A stretch of DNA of 52,828 bases from Candidatus Dormiibacterota bacterium (GTDB taxonomy: Bacteria > Chloroflexota > Dormibacteria > Dormibacterales > Dormibacteraceae). A program made the translations under genes and the position numbers. The stretch is from the NCBI GenBank assembly GCA_036564345.1, contig DATCOZ010000299.1:1-52828 (forward strand), in the 5' to 3' direction. Below, piece after piece: positions 9,587 through 17,982 of this stretch. Numbering within the stretch: the stretch's first letter is position 1; every line of letters starts with the position of its first letter. Below the pieces are notes generated by a model, which saw only the letters and a program-made list of their open reading frames with translations, was not told the DNA's origin and did no database searches.

Positions 9587-10549
9587 CTAGATCCAGCCTC
9601 TGCGCTTGAAGAACCAGAACTGGATCGCGGTCGCGATGAGCATGGTGCCGATGCCGATCCAGAAGGAGATGTAGGGAGGCTCGAGCACGCTTGTCAGGTA
9701 AGCGAAGTTCATGCCGTAGAAACCGGTCAGGAAGGTCAGCGGCAGGAAGAGGGCGGCAATGACGGTCAGCGTCTTCATGGTGACGTTGAGACGGTTGGAC
9801 ACGGTCGACAGGTAGACGTCCATGGCGCCGGTCAGCAGGTCGCGGAGCGAGTCGACCGTCTCGTACTGCCGGATGATGTGGTCGTAGACGTCCCGGTAGT
9901 AGAGGCCCATCTCGCGCTCATCCGGAGCGAGAGCCGAGGTGATCAGCCGCTGGAAGAGATCGCGCTGGGCGCCGAGCAGCTGGCGCAGCCGGGTGATGTC
10001 GTGCTTCAACCGGTAGATGATCCGGAGCTGCTCGGGGTCGGCCTTCTCGATGATCGTGTCCTCCAGCTCGTCGATCTTGTTGTCGAGCTGGTCGAGGATC
10101 GGGAAGTTGGCGTCGACGATCTCGTCGACGACCAGGTAGGTGAGGAAGGATGGTTCGTCCTTGGTCATCTCGGGCTGAGCCTCGATCCGCTTGCGCAGCG
10201 CGTTCAGGTGCGGCTGCGGGTCGGTGTGGATGGTGACCAGGTAGTCGTTCGCCAGGTAGAGGAAGTACTCCTCGAAGTCGAGCGCCTCGTCCTTCATGGT
10301 CGCCTCGAAGAGGACCATGAAGGAATAGCCCTTGTACTCCTCGAGCTTGGGCCGCTGGTCGCCGTGCCTGACGTCCTCGATCGTCAGCTGGTGGAACTGG
10401 AAAGCCTTGGTGAGGATCTCGTAGTCCTCGTCGTCGGGTGCCTCGATGTCCATCCAGAAGCCTTCCTCGTGGCATTTCCCGAGGTGGTTCTTGATCGTCT
10501 TCACGGTCGGCTCGTGGAAGGCTCCCCTGGTGGTGATCAGTGTTCGCAT
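9587..10549 (-). CDS. corA: Magnesium/cobalt transporter CorA
   Basis: 320 aa; YGMNF signature followed by the last TM helix; stop lies 1 nt from the pepF start. Confidence 0.9.
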   Translation of the reverse strand: MRTLITTRGAFHEPTVKTIKNHLGKCHEEGFWMDIEAPDDEDYEILTKAFQFHQLTIEDVRHGDQRPKLEEYKGYSFMVLFEATMKDEALDFEEYFLYLANDYLVTIHTDPQPHLNALRKRIEAQPEMTKDEPSFLTYLVVDEIVDANFPILDQLDNKIDELEDTIIEKADPEQLRIIYRLKHDITRLRQLLGAQRDLFQRLITSALAPDEREMGLYYRDVYDHIIRQYETVDSLRDLLTGAMDVYLSTVSNRLNVTMKTLTVIAALFLPLTFLTGFYGMNFAYLTSVLEPPYISFWIGIGTMLIATAIQFWFFKRRGWI

Positions 10550-10562
10550 CCGGCGCCGAATC

Positions 10563-10970
10563 CTAGATCAGGTTGCCCTTGATCTGCGCGAGCCAGCCAG
10601 GGGTAGGCGACTCAAAAGCGCCTCGAACCGTCCCGGAAGCGGAGCGCCATCCCCAGCATCTCGAAGGCCAGCGCCAGCAGGACCAGCGTGAGGGCCGGCC
10701 CGAGTTGAAGATCAGCGTCCCGACCGGCTCGCTGAGCATCGCGGTGTCGGCGGGGCCCAGCCGAGCGCCCGGACCCTGGTTGAGCAGCGACGCTGGCCTG
10801 ACTGGGCGGCGTAGCTGACGATCACCCAGCTCGCCAACAGCACGCCCCCCCTGGAAGGCGAGCAGGGCCGGTCGGCGATAGGTGCGCCAGAGCCGTTCGG
10901 AATGCGACGTGGCCAGCACGAGGATCAATCCCAGGTCGGCGCAGAGGAGGCTCAGCCCGAACCAGCTCAT
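10563..10970 (-). pseudogene. Possible frameshifted small membrane-protein gene (or a 135-aa hypothetical ORF)
   Basis: Frame 1 starts membrane-like (MSWFGLSLLCADLGLILVLA...ALLAFQGG) then degenerates (RWSCWRWPSRCWGWRS). Membrane-like continuations lie in the other two frames (VLLASWVIVSYAA; PALTLVLLALAFEMLGMALRFRDGSRRF-stop). The first switch is at a C7 run, 10845-10851. Confidence 0.3.
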
Positions 10971-11000
10971 GAGAGTGCCCGGCTAGAGGTCTCCACGGAA

Positions 11001-12293
11001 ATGGCAGCATACCTTCCGATGGAGGCACCCGAGACGGCCGGTTTCTGGGACCGCGCCCTGGGCGGAAGGCTCTGGCGGCATGGCGATTTCATGCGCCTGT
11101 GGGTGGGTCAGACGGTAAGCGAGGCGGGCACCCAGGTCAGCCAGCTGGCGGTGCCCACTGTGGCCATCCTCCTCCTCCACGCGACCCCGTTCCAGGTCGG
11201 CCTGCTGACGGCGCTGGAGTTCCTGCCCTTCCCCGTCCTCGGCCTCGTTGCCGGCGTCTACGCCGACCGCCTCCGGCGGCGCCCCCTGATGATCATCTCC
11301 GACCTCGGGCGGATGGTCGCGCTTGTCACCATCCCGATCGCCTTCAGCTACGGCTATCTCCAGATCGAGCAGCTCTACGTGATCGGCCTCGTGGTGGGCG
11401 TCTTCAACGTCTTCTTCGGGATCTCCTACCAGTCCTACCTACCCGCGCTCATCGATCGCGCCGACCTGGTGGAGGGCAACTCCAAGCTCGAGGTCAGCCG
11501 GTCGACCGCCCAGCTGGCGGGCCCCGCCATCGCCGGCGTCGCCATCCAGGCGATCGGCGCCGCCCGCGCCATCTACCTCGATGCCGCCTCCTTCCTGGTC
11601 TCGGCCGGCTCGCTCTGGCTGATCCGCAAGCCGGAGCCGGAGCCGAGTCCGGGTAGCGCGTCCGGGAAGACCGGCTTCTGGCACGAGATGTGGGAGGGGA
11701 TACAGGTCGTAATCGGCAACCCGACCCTCTGGAAGATTGCCGGCTGCACAGCAACCTGGAACCTCGGCAGCAACATGGCCTTCGCGGTGGAGCTGATCTT
11801 CCTCTACCGCTACCTCCACCTGGCCCCCGCCGTGGTCGGGCTGGTCTTCGCGATCGGCGCCGTGGGCGCCCTTCTGGGGGCGATCGCGACGGGCCCGATC
11901 GTCGCCCGCCTCGGGGTCGGGCTCACCCTGCTTTTGAGCGTCCTCTCCGGCGGCCTGATCATGGCGACGGTGCTGGCCGCCTACACCAACGCACCAGTGT
12001 TCCTGAGCATCCTCTTCTTCGTCGAGTTCTTCTTCGGAGCGCCCTACAACATCACCCAGGTCAGCCTCCGCCAGGCGATCACCCCCGACCGCGTCCAGGG
12101 CCGGATGAACGCGACGATGCGGACGATCGTCTGGGGCACGATCCCGATCGGCTCGCTCCTCGGGGGCATCCTGGCGGGCAGCATCGGCGTGGTGACCACG
12201 ATCGTCATCGGCGGCTTCATCACGATGCTCGCCGTGGGTTGGATCCTCGCCGGGCCCGTCAGGATCAAGGTCCAGCCGGAACCGGCGGGCTAG
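11001..12293 (+). CDS. MFS transporter (EntS/MFS_3-like)
   Basis: ATG at 11001, in frame with track ORF 10902..12293. WRHGDFMRLWVGQTVSEAGTQV...ADRLRRRPLMIISDLGR; about 12 TM helices. Confidence 0.8.
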   Translation: MAAYLPMEAPETAGFWDRALGGRLWRHGDFMRLWVGQTVSEAGTQVSQLAVPTVAILLLHATPFQVGLLTALEFLPFPVLGLVAGVYADRLRRRPLMIISDLGRMVALVTIPIAFSYGYLQIEQLYVIGLVVGVFNVFFGISYQSYLPALIDRADLVEGNSKLEVSRSTAQLAGPAIAGVAIQAIGAARAIYLDAASFLVSAGSLWLIRKPEPEPSPGSASGKTGFWHEMWEGIQVVIGNPTLWKIAGCTATWNLGSNMAFAVELIFLYRYLHLAPAVVGLVFAIGAVGALLGAIATGPIVARLGVGLTLLLSVLSGGLIMATVLAAYTNAPVFLSILFFVEFFFGAPYNITQVSLRQAITPDRVQGRMNATMRTIVWGTIPIGSLLGGILAGSIGVVTTIVIGGFITMLAVGWILAGPVRIKVQPEPAG

Positions 12294-12771
12294 AGGTCGA
12301 GCGCCCTTCGGATGGGGACCAGGTGGCCCGCCACGTGGCGGTGGCCCAACTCGGCATAGGCGGCGACGCTCATCTCACGGCCGGCCCCGCGATGAAACGA
12401 CTTCCTCGCCAGCTCCTCGTCGGAGAGGCCCGCGATCCGAGCGCAGAGCCGGTCGCCGTTCTCGACCAGGAGCTGGATCGTCTCCTCCCTCGCGACGTCG
12501 TGGTAGGTGGCGGCGTGCTCGGCGTTCTCGGCATTGATGTCGTCAAGGGTGATGTTCACCTCGTGGCCCGCGAGCGCGGTTTCCAGCCACTCCCCGGTAT
12601 GGAGGTGGCCGTGGCCGACGTGGTGGGCGATCACGGCGACGGTGCGGTTGTCCCCTCGTCGTTGCATTCGGTCCGCCACTGCTCCTCCGAGCAGCCGCGG
12701 ACGAGCTGGATCAGCTCGAGGTTGATCGCCTCCAGTGAGTCGGCCAGCGCGCGCGCCTGCTGCGAGGCCAT
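12290..12771 (-). pseudogene. DinB-family protein interrupted by an apparent 1-nt frameshift in a G4 run
   Basis: ATG at 12771 gives MASQQARALADSLEAINLELIQLVRGCSEEQWRTECNDEG, then stops. The remainder (DNRTVAVIAHHVGHGHLH...GHRHVAGHLVPIRRALDL) is in the adjacent frame. Adding one G at 12652-12655 restores a ~160-aa DinB protein. Confidence 0.7.
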
Positions 12772-12780
12772 GCCGCCACT

Positions 12781-13209
12781 TTACGGACGCAGGTAGGCGA
12801 TCGTGGCCCGCGCCTCGGCGACCACCTTGCCGGCCTGGGTCAGCGTCGCCGAGCAGTAGGCGAGACGGCGGGTGCGGTGCCGGCACTCGCCGGCCGCGAG
12901 CACCGGGACGCCGGGCTCGGTCGGGCGAAAGAACTCGACCCGCAGGTCGGCGGTCGTGCACAGCTCGCCTTCCTCGGCGGCGGTGACGGCGGCGCAGGCG
13001 AGCGCGCAGTCGGCGATGGTGGCCACCGCTCCGCCGTGGACGATCGGCCCGTTGGGGCCGGGAAAGCCGTGGGCGGCCGCCGTCGGGTTCGCCTCCAGCT
13101 CCACCGTCCGCTCGCCGACAGCGGTGATCCGGATGCCCAGGTTGGCGTACATGCCGCTCTCCGGCTCATATGCTCCGAGCCGCCGGAGCAGGTCCTCGCC
13201 GTAGCTCAC
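12781..13209 (-). CDS. PaaI-family (hotdog-fold) thioesterase
   Basis: GTG start overlaps the upstream stop (GTGA). PIVHGGAVATIADCALACA core typical of PaaI/4HBT-type thioesterases. Confidence 0.8.
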   Translation of the reverse strand: MSYGEDLLRRLGAYEPESGMYANLGIRITAVGERTVELEANPTAAAHGFPGPNGPIVHGGAVATIADCALACAAVTAAEEGELCTTADLRVEFFRPTEPGVPVLAAGECRHRTRRLAYCSATLTQAGKVVAEARATIAYLRP

Positions 13210-14264
13210 CGGGTCCGCGACCGGCGACGGCGGCGGGAGAAGAGATAGAGGGCCGCCGCCACGACCAGGCCCACGCCGTAAGGCAGGTAGGTAAAGATTC
13301 CGCCGCGGCTTGCCGTGCCGAGCTTGCCCTCGGGCAGAGGCCGCGGCGCCGCTGCGGGGTGGTCGGCGACTACCAGGAGGTGGCCCTCGACGTGTGCCGC
13401 CGCGGTCGCCTGCCCGAGGCGGCGCACGCTGCCGCAGCTTCCGTCGGAAGCGCAGTGGATGAAGATCGTCACCCCGCCACCCTCAGTGGCTACCAGCAGG
13501 TCGCCCTCCAGGACTCCCTCCGTCCGCAGCTCGGCGGAGGTGACACGGAGCACGGTGTCGGTGCCGGCGTGGGGGTTGTCCGCCGTGGCCCGGTCGGCCA
13601 GGTAGGCGGTGCCGCCCTGCAGGAAACCGCGGGGCACGAAGCCGGCCGACTCGACGCCGATGTCGCCACCGGCCGGCAGGCCACTTTGCGCGAGCACCTG
13701 GCTGGTTCCTTCCGCGGTCACCGCGATGATGTTGCCGGAAAGCTCGTCGGGCACGATGAGGTCGCCCCCAAAGGTCCCGAAGGTGGGTGGCGCCACCTCC
13801 ATCCCGCCTTCCATGCGGGGGGCGGCCGCGCTGATCACCGACACCTTGCCGTTGCAGTCGATCGCGTCGACGACCGTCTGTCCGGCGTGCGGCCCGATGA
13901 CCAGCAGCCGGTTGCCGAAGCGGCCGAAGCGGTCGAAGGCGATCCCGCTCAAGGTGTCGACGCCGGGGATGGCGGCGAAGGTGCTCGATACGCCGCTGAC
14001 GAGGTCCACGGCTGTCACGGTGGGCGGCGAGGTGGTCTTGAGCAAGTACAGGGCTGGGGTCGGAAACGAGCAGCCTGCCCCGGTCACCGTGAGTCCGGTC
14101 GAGAGGGCGATGTAGGGCTCCGCCCCTGCCGCCGTGGCGGGGACGTCGGCTCGCGCCGCGAAGAGCTGCCCGGTGGACGGCCCCAGCTCGTAGAGGCCCT
14201 TCTCGGTCGCCAGCAGGAGGTTGCCGTCGGGCAGCGGCCCGGCGACGTCGAAGACGCCGGGCAC
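13206..14264 (-). CDS. Putative secreted beta-propeller-like protein with C-terminal TM anchor and Arg-rich tail
   Basis: Recurrent G(D/N)LLV strand motifs. C-terminus is IFTYLPYGVGLVVAAALYLFSRRRRRSRTR. The in-frame region 14265-14366 encodes a signal-peptide-like segment without a canonical start, so the true 5' end is probably near 14366. Confidence 0.6.
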   Translation of the reverse strand: MPGVFDVAGPLPDGNLLLATEKGLYELGPSTGQLFAARADVPATAAGAEPYIALSTGLTVTGAGCSFPTPALYLLKTTSPPTVTAVDLVSGVSSTFAAIPGVDTLSGIAFDRFGRFGNRLLVIGPHAGQTVVDAIDCNGKVSVISAAAPRMEGGMEVAPPTFGTFGGDLIVPDELSGNIIAVTAEGTSQVLAQSGLPAGGDIGVESAGFVPRGFLQGGTAYLADRATADNPHAGTDTVLRVTSAELRTEGVLEGDLLVATEGGGVTIFIHCASDGSCGSVRRLGQATAAAHVEGHLLVVADHPAAAPRPLPEGKLGTASRGGIFTYLPYGVGLVVAAALYLFSRRRRRSRTR

Positions 14265-14386
14265 GTGCTGCCACTGCTGCCACGCCAGGTCGCCAGTTGC
14301 CGCCGCGGGCAGGGGTTGGAGCAGAAGGAAGGCCGCGAGCAGCGCGGCGCCGAGCCGGTCCAGGATCGGCTCAGTCTAAGTCGCGG

Positions 14387-16522
14387 CTAGGGCGTTGCCG
14401 CTGCCGTCGGGGATGGCGCGGGGTTCGGTGTCGGTGTGGAGGTCGGCGAGGGAAGGACCGACGGCACGCTCGTCGGCGAGGGTACCGGCAGGATCGGAGT
14501 CGGTGTCGGCGAGGGTGAGGCCGTCGGCGAGGGCGAGGGTTCGAGCCCGTTGCAGCTCATGTGGTCGGTGCCGGTCAGGAAGATGTCCGGCGTGCCGTCG
14601 CAGGCCTTGCCGTCGACGATCCCGTCCGGCCGCTTGATGAAGCCGTTGTACTCCGCCGGAAGGCCGTTGACGAAGTACCGCATGATCGTGTCCCCGACCA
14701 GCTCGCCGTAGGCGTTGATGTTGCCGCCGGCCCCGTTCGCACCCGTGTTGCCGACCCAGGAGCCGGCGGCGATGTTGGCGTTGTAGGCGAGGATCCAGGC
14801 GTCGCGGGTCTGGTTGCTGGTGGCGCCGGTGGTGCCGGTCTTGGAGGCCATCTGCTTGTTCCAGCCCAGGTGCCACTGGTTCTGGTAGTCCTTCAGGATG
14901 TCGGTGACCAGGTAGGCCTCGGCTGGCGTCAGCACCTGCTGCTTGCCATCCTGGGCGCCGGGCTTGGTCTCGCTGAGCAGGTTGCCGTGGCTGTCGGTGA
15001 TCTTGAGGATCGAGATCAGCGGCATCTTGGTCCCCTGGTTGGCGAAGGTCGCGAAGCCCTGCACGTGGTCGAAGAGAGTGACGTCGCTGCCACCGATGGC
15101 GGTGTTGGGCACCGGATCGAGCTTGGTGTTGATGCCCATCGAGTGGGCGAGGTTGTCGACGTTGGTCATCCCCTCCTTGACCCCGGTCTCGACCGCCGGC
15201 ACGTTGCGGGAGAGAAGGAGCGCCTTGCGGGCCGTCATCTTGCCCATGAAATTGCCGTCGAAGTCCTTCGGCTGGTAGTTGCCCTGGAACGTCTGCGGGG
15301 TGTCGTCGACGGTGCCTCCGGGGGCCAGCTTGCGGTCCTTGAAGGCCGCCTCGTAGACGTAGGGCTTGAAGGACGAACCGGGCTGCCGCTTGGAGAGGAC
15401 CACGTTGACCTGGCCGCCGATCTTGTCGTTGTAGTAGTCGGCGGAGCCGACCCAGGCCAGTATCTCGCCAGTTCCCGGCTTGACGGCGAGGAAGTCGGCG
15501 TTGTTGACGTCGTAGCTCGCCAGTTCCTTGACGCCCCGGGCGACCGAGTCGGCGGCCAGCTGCTGGAGGTCCAGGTCGAGGCTCGTGTAGACGTTGAACC
15601 CGCCCTGCTGGACGGCAGCGGAGCCGTAGTCGCTCTCCAGCCGCGCGATCACGTAGTCCACGAAGTGAGGCGCCTTCGACTGGCGCGCGGCCGGGTTGTA
15701 CTTTAGCTCGCCCTTGATGTCCTCGGCCTCCGCCTGCCGCTCCTCGGCGGAGGTCAGCGCGTGGGTGGCGATCATGCCGCGGAGAACGTAGAGCTGGCGC
15801 TCCCGGGCGAGGTCGAAATGGACCTCGGGGTCGTAGGCGACCGGGGCCTGAATCAGACCGGCCAGGAAGGCGGCCTGGGCTGGGGTCAGGTCCTTGGGGT
15901 CCTTGCTGAAGTAGGTCTGGCTGGCGGCGCCCAGGCCGTAGGCGTTGTGGCCGTAGTAGATGCGGTTCAGGTACATCTCGAGGATCTGGTCCTTCGAGTA
16001 GCGCGACTCCAGGCCCATTGCCAGCACCGCCTCCTGGAGCTTGCGCAGGATCGATCGCTGGGGCGTCAGCAGCTGGATCTTGATCAGCTGCTGGGTGATC
16101 GTGCTGCCGCCCTGCTCGACGCGGCCGGCGGTGAGGTCGACCCAGGCGGCCCGGAGCGTGGCGCCCCAGTTGATGGCGCCTTCGTGGTAGAAGTTGCGGT
16201 CCTCCGCGGCGAGTGTGGCCCTGGGGCCGTAATTGCCCATCTGGCTCAGCGTCAGCACCTTGTGGTACTGGCCGAGCGCGTTGCGCTGCTCGATCTCGCG
16301 GCCCTTGCGGTCGTAGACGGTGATCGTGTTGGCGAGGACGTCCTGTTTGCCGGGGTCGGGAAGGTCGCGGAGCGTGTAGAACACGTAGCCGGCGAAGATG
16401 ACCAGGAACGCAACCGCGGCGATCGCGACCTTGCCCCAGCGGCCGGCCAGCCAGGTCCTGAAGTCGAACCCGTCACCCTTCGGTGCGGAGCCTCGGGGAC
16501 CTGCCGAAGCTCTTTCTCTCAC
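14387..16522 (-). CDS. Class A penicillin-binding protein (PBP1A family: transglycosylase + transpeptidase) with Pro/Ser/Thr-rich tail
   Basis: EDRNFYHEGAINW...GGSTITQQL (GT51), GSSFKP (SxxK) and KTGTT motifs. Start placed at GTG 16522; the 794-aa track ORF would run through an AT-rich promoter-like stretch and into the divergent gene. Confidence 0.85.
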   Translation of the reverse strand: MRERASAGPRGSAPKGDGFDFRTWLAGRWGKVAIAAVAFLVIFAGYVFYTLRDLPDPGKQDVLANTITVYDRKGREIEQRNALGQYHKVLTLSQMGNYGPRATLAAEDRNFYHEGAINWGATLRAAWVDLTAGRVEQGGSTITQQLIKIQLLTPQRSILRKLQEAVLAMGLESRYSKDQILEMYLNRIYYGHNAYGLGAASQTYFSKDPKDLTPAQAAFLAGLIQAPVAYDPEVHFDLARERQLYVLRGMIATHALTSAEERQAEAEDIKGELKYNPAARQSKAPHFVDYVIARLESDYGSAAVQQGGFNVYTSLDLDLQQLAADSVARGVKELASYDVNNADFLAVKPGTGEILAWVGSADYYNDKIGGQVNVVLSKRQPGSSFKPYVYEAAFKDRKLAPGGTVDDTPQTFQGNYQPKDFDGNFMGKMTARKALLLSRNVPAVETGVKEGMTNVDNLAHSMGINTKLDPVPNTAIGGSDVTLFDHVQGFATFANQGTKMPLISILKITDSHGNLLSETKPGAQDGKQQVLTPAEAYLVTDILKDYQNQWHLGWNKQMASKTGTTGATSNQTRDAWILAYNANIAAGSWVGNTGANGAGGNINAYGELVGDTIMRYFVNGLPAEYNGFIKRPDGIVDGKACDGTPDIFLTGTDHMSCNGLEPSPSPTASPSPTPTPILPVPSPTSVPSVLPSPTSTPTPNPAPSPTAAATP

Positions 16523-16668
16523 GGCTTCTTCTTCTTTCCGCCGCCGCCCGGCTGTTGGCCGGAAGAGGTTGCTGAACCATCGATCGGGCGCTTCCCCGGT
16601 GACGAAGTCACCATGAGCACACCAAGAAAATCTGATAGCGCACGCGCATATGTTATCTACTGTTGCTG

Positions 16669-16902
16669 ATGGAGGTGCCCAGCCCGGACCCGGGGATCTG
16701 CGCCGCCTGCGAGCACGCCCGGCGATTGCCGGGGGCTCATTCGACGTTCTGGCTCTGCGGACTTTCCGCATCGGACCGGACCTTTCCCCGCTACCCGCGG
16801 CTTCCCGTGCTCGAGTGCCGGGGCTTCAGGCGGTCGGCGCCCCCAGGCCCCCCGGCTCCAACGGGACCGCCTCCTGGGGGCCCGGCCAGGGAGGGCTCGT
16901 GA
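16669..16902 (+). CDS. Small Cys4 (zinc-ribbon-like) protein
   Basis: MEVPSPDPGICAACEHARRLPGAHSTFWLCGLSASDRTFPRYPRLPVLECRGF. The CxxC...C...C pattern with the FPRYP/LPV motif recalls a conserved small-protein family (memory). The 3' end overlaps the convergent cupin gene. Confidence 0.5.
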   Translation: MEVPSPDPGICAACEHARRLPGAHSTFWLCGLSASDRTFPRYPRLPVLECRGFRRSAPPGPPAPTGPPPGGPAREGS

Positions 16903-17203
16903 AGCAGATGAAGCGCAGCTCAGCCTGGGGATCGGCCGCGAACTGGAAGCCCCAGCCGGTCGGGATCCGGATCGAGGCGCCGGGCCGGACGGTGACGGTC
17001 TCGCCCTCAGCCTCGCCGGGAGCGCATCGCCAGACCCGCCCGCGACCGCGGGTCACGTACCAGATCTCTTCGACCATACGATGACGAACCGGTCGGGAGA
17101 CGAGGCCGGCGCCGAGTCGCACCTCGACCAGGCTCGCCCGCTCCGCGTCGCCGACCAGGTGATAGATCTTGGAGCCATCCGGCGCAATCGCATCGGGGCC
17201 CAT
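16826..17203 (-). CDS. Cupin-domain protein
   Basis: 125 aa. HRMVEEIWYVTRGRGRVW...GETVTVRPGASIRIPTGWGFQF matches the two cupin motifs. Confidence 0.7.
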   Translation of the reverse strand: MGPDAIAPDGSKIYHLVGDAERASLVEVRLGAGLVSRPVRHRMVEEIWYVTRGRGRVWRCAPGEAEGETVTVRPGASIRIPTGWGFQFAADPQAELRFICFTSPPWPGPQEAVPLEPGGLGAPTA

Positions 17204-17232
17204 CGGTGAGGAATGCTAATCGGGGCCCTGGT

Positions 17233-17922
17233 TCAGCTGCCGGGACGTTCGTTGGTCGGGGGGACCGGGTAGGTCTGGTCGGTGAAGATGACGTAGCGTC
17301 GAGTGGCGAAGGCGCCCGCCCAGGTCGGCCAGCAGGTCGTCAGCGTCAGGTGGCGGCCCTGCCCCTGGACGAGGATCGTGCGGTCGTCAGGCTGCACGAT
17401 CCGGGTCCCCGTTACCGTGTACTTGAAGGTCCCGTAGCGGGTCTCGAGATCGACCTCGTCACCCTTGGAGAGCTCCGGGAAGTCGATCCAGTAGACGTTG
17501 TGGGCCGCGACGGCGACCATGCCCGGCTGGCCCGGCCAGGGCGTTCCCTGGTAGTGACCCGGCCCGCTGTAGAGGATCGTCGAGTCGACCCCCTCGCGGA
17601 CCGCCGCGTAGTAGCCGAGCCGGGGGACGCGGACCGCGAAGTCGACGCCCGCGACAGGCTGCATGAGGTCGGGCTGAGGCTGCTCGGACGGCACTGCCGG
17701 AGCCTGCACGCGAGCCAGCTGCCGGCTCCAGCCGTCCGTCAGCTGTCGCTGGCGCAGGACGCCGTCGGCCATCCCGTAGGCGAAGCTGCCGAGAAGCACC
17801 AGGCCGGTCAGCAGGCAGGCCAGGCTGAGCAGGCGCAGCGCGCGGTCCGCGCGCGTGCCACGGCCCCGGCTGCTCACACCGCGCTTTTCGCCCCGGGTTT
17901 TCCGGCGGATCGCCGTTGCCAC
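17233..17922 (-). CDS. Sortase-family transpeptidase
   Basis: GTG start preceded by AGGAGG. N-terminal TM anchor, His in VAVAAHN, catalytic TLTTC motif, downstream Arg (ATRRYVIF). Confidence 0.85.
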   Translation of the reverse strand: MATAIRRKTRGEKRGVSSRGRGTRADRALRLLSLACLLTGLVLLGSFAYGMADGVLRQRQLTDGWSRQLARVQAPAVPSEQPQPDLMQPVAGVDFAVRVPRLGYYAAVREGVDSTILYSGPGHYQGTPWPGQPGMVAVAAHNVYWIDFPELSKGDEVDLETRYGTFKYTVTGTRIVQPDDRTILVQGQGRHLTLTTCWPTWAGAFATRRYVIFTDQTYPVPPTNERPGS

Positions 17923-17937
17923 TAGCCCTCCTAGGAT

Positions 17938-17966
17938 AAAGTCTGTCAGTCAACGTATCAGACTTT
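17938..17966. promoter_or_regulatory. Inverted repeat AAAGTCTG-N13-CAGACTTT in the 60-bp sortase/yggT divergent intergenic region
   Basis: Perfect 8-bp arms read directly. TACTAT (17968-17973) lies 9 nt before the yggT-like ATG. Confidence 0.4.
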
Positions 17967-17982
17967 CTACTATCATCAAGCC

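Noticed and set aside
10550-10612. An Mg2+ (M-box-like) leader was expected upstream of corA. The inverted repeat AGATCA-N9-TGATCT lies at 10565-10585.
   Set aside because: The region is far too short for an M-box and shares none of its conserved elements. The repeat alone is weak evidence, so I did not call a feature.
14400-14560. DNA-level repetition of GTCGGCGAGGG-like units.
   Set aside because: It is simply the coding sequence of the Pro/Ser/Thr-rich low-complexity tail of PBP1A (minus strand), not an independent repeat element.
16650-17084. Track ORF 16650..17084 + (144 aa) spans the PBP/cupin intergenic region.
   Set aside because: It is out of frame with the Cys4 mini-protein, antisense to the cupin gene, and Pro/Gly/Arg-rich without motifs.
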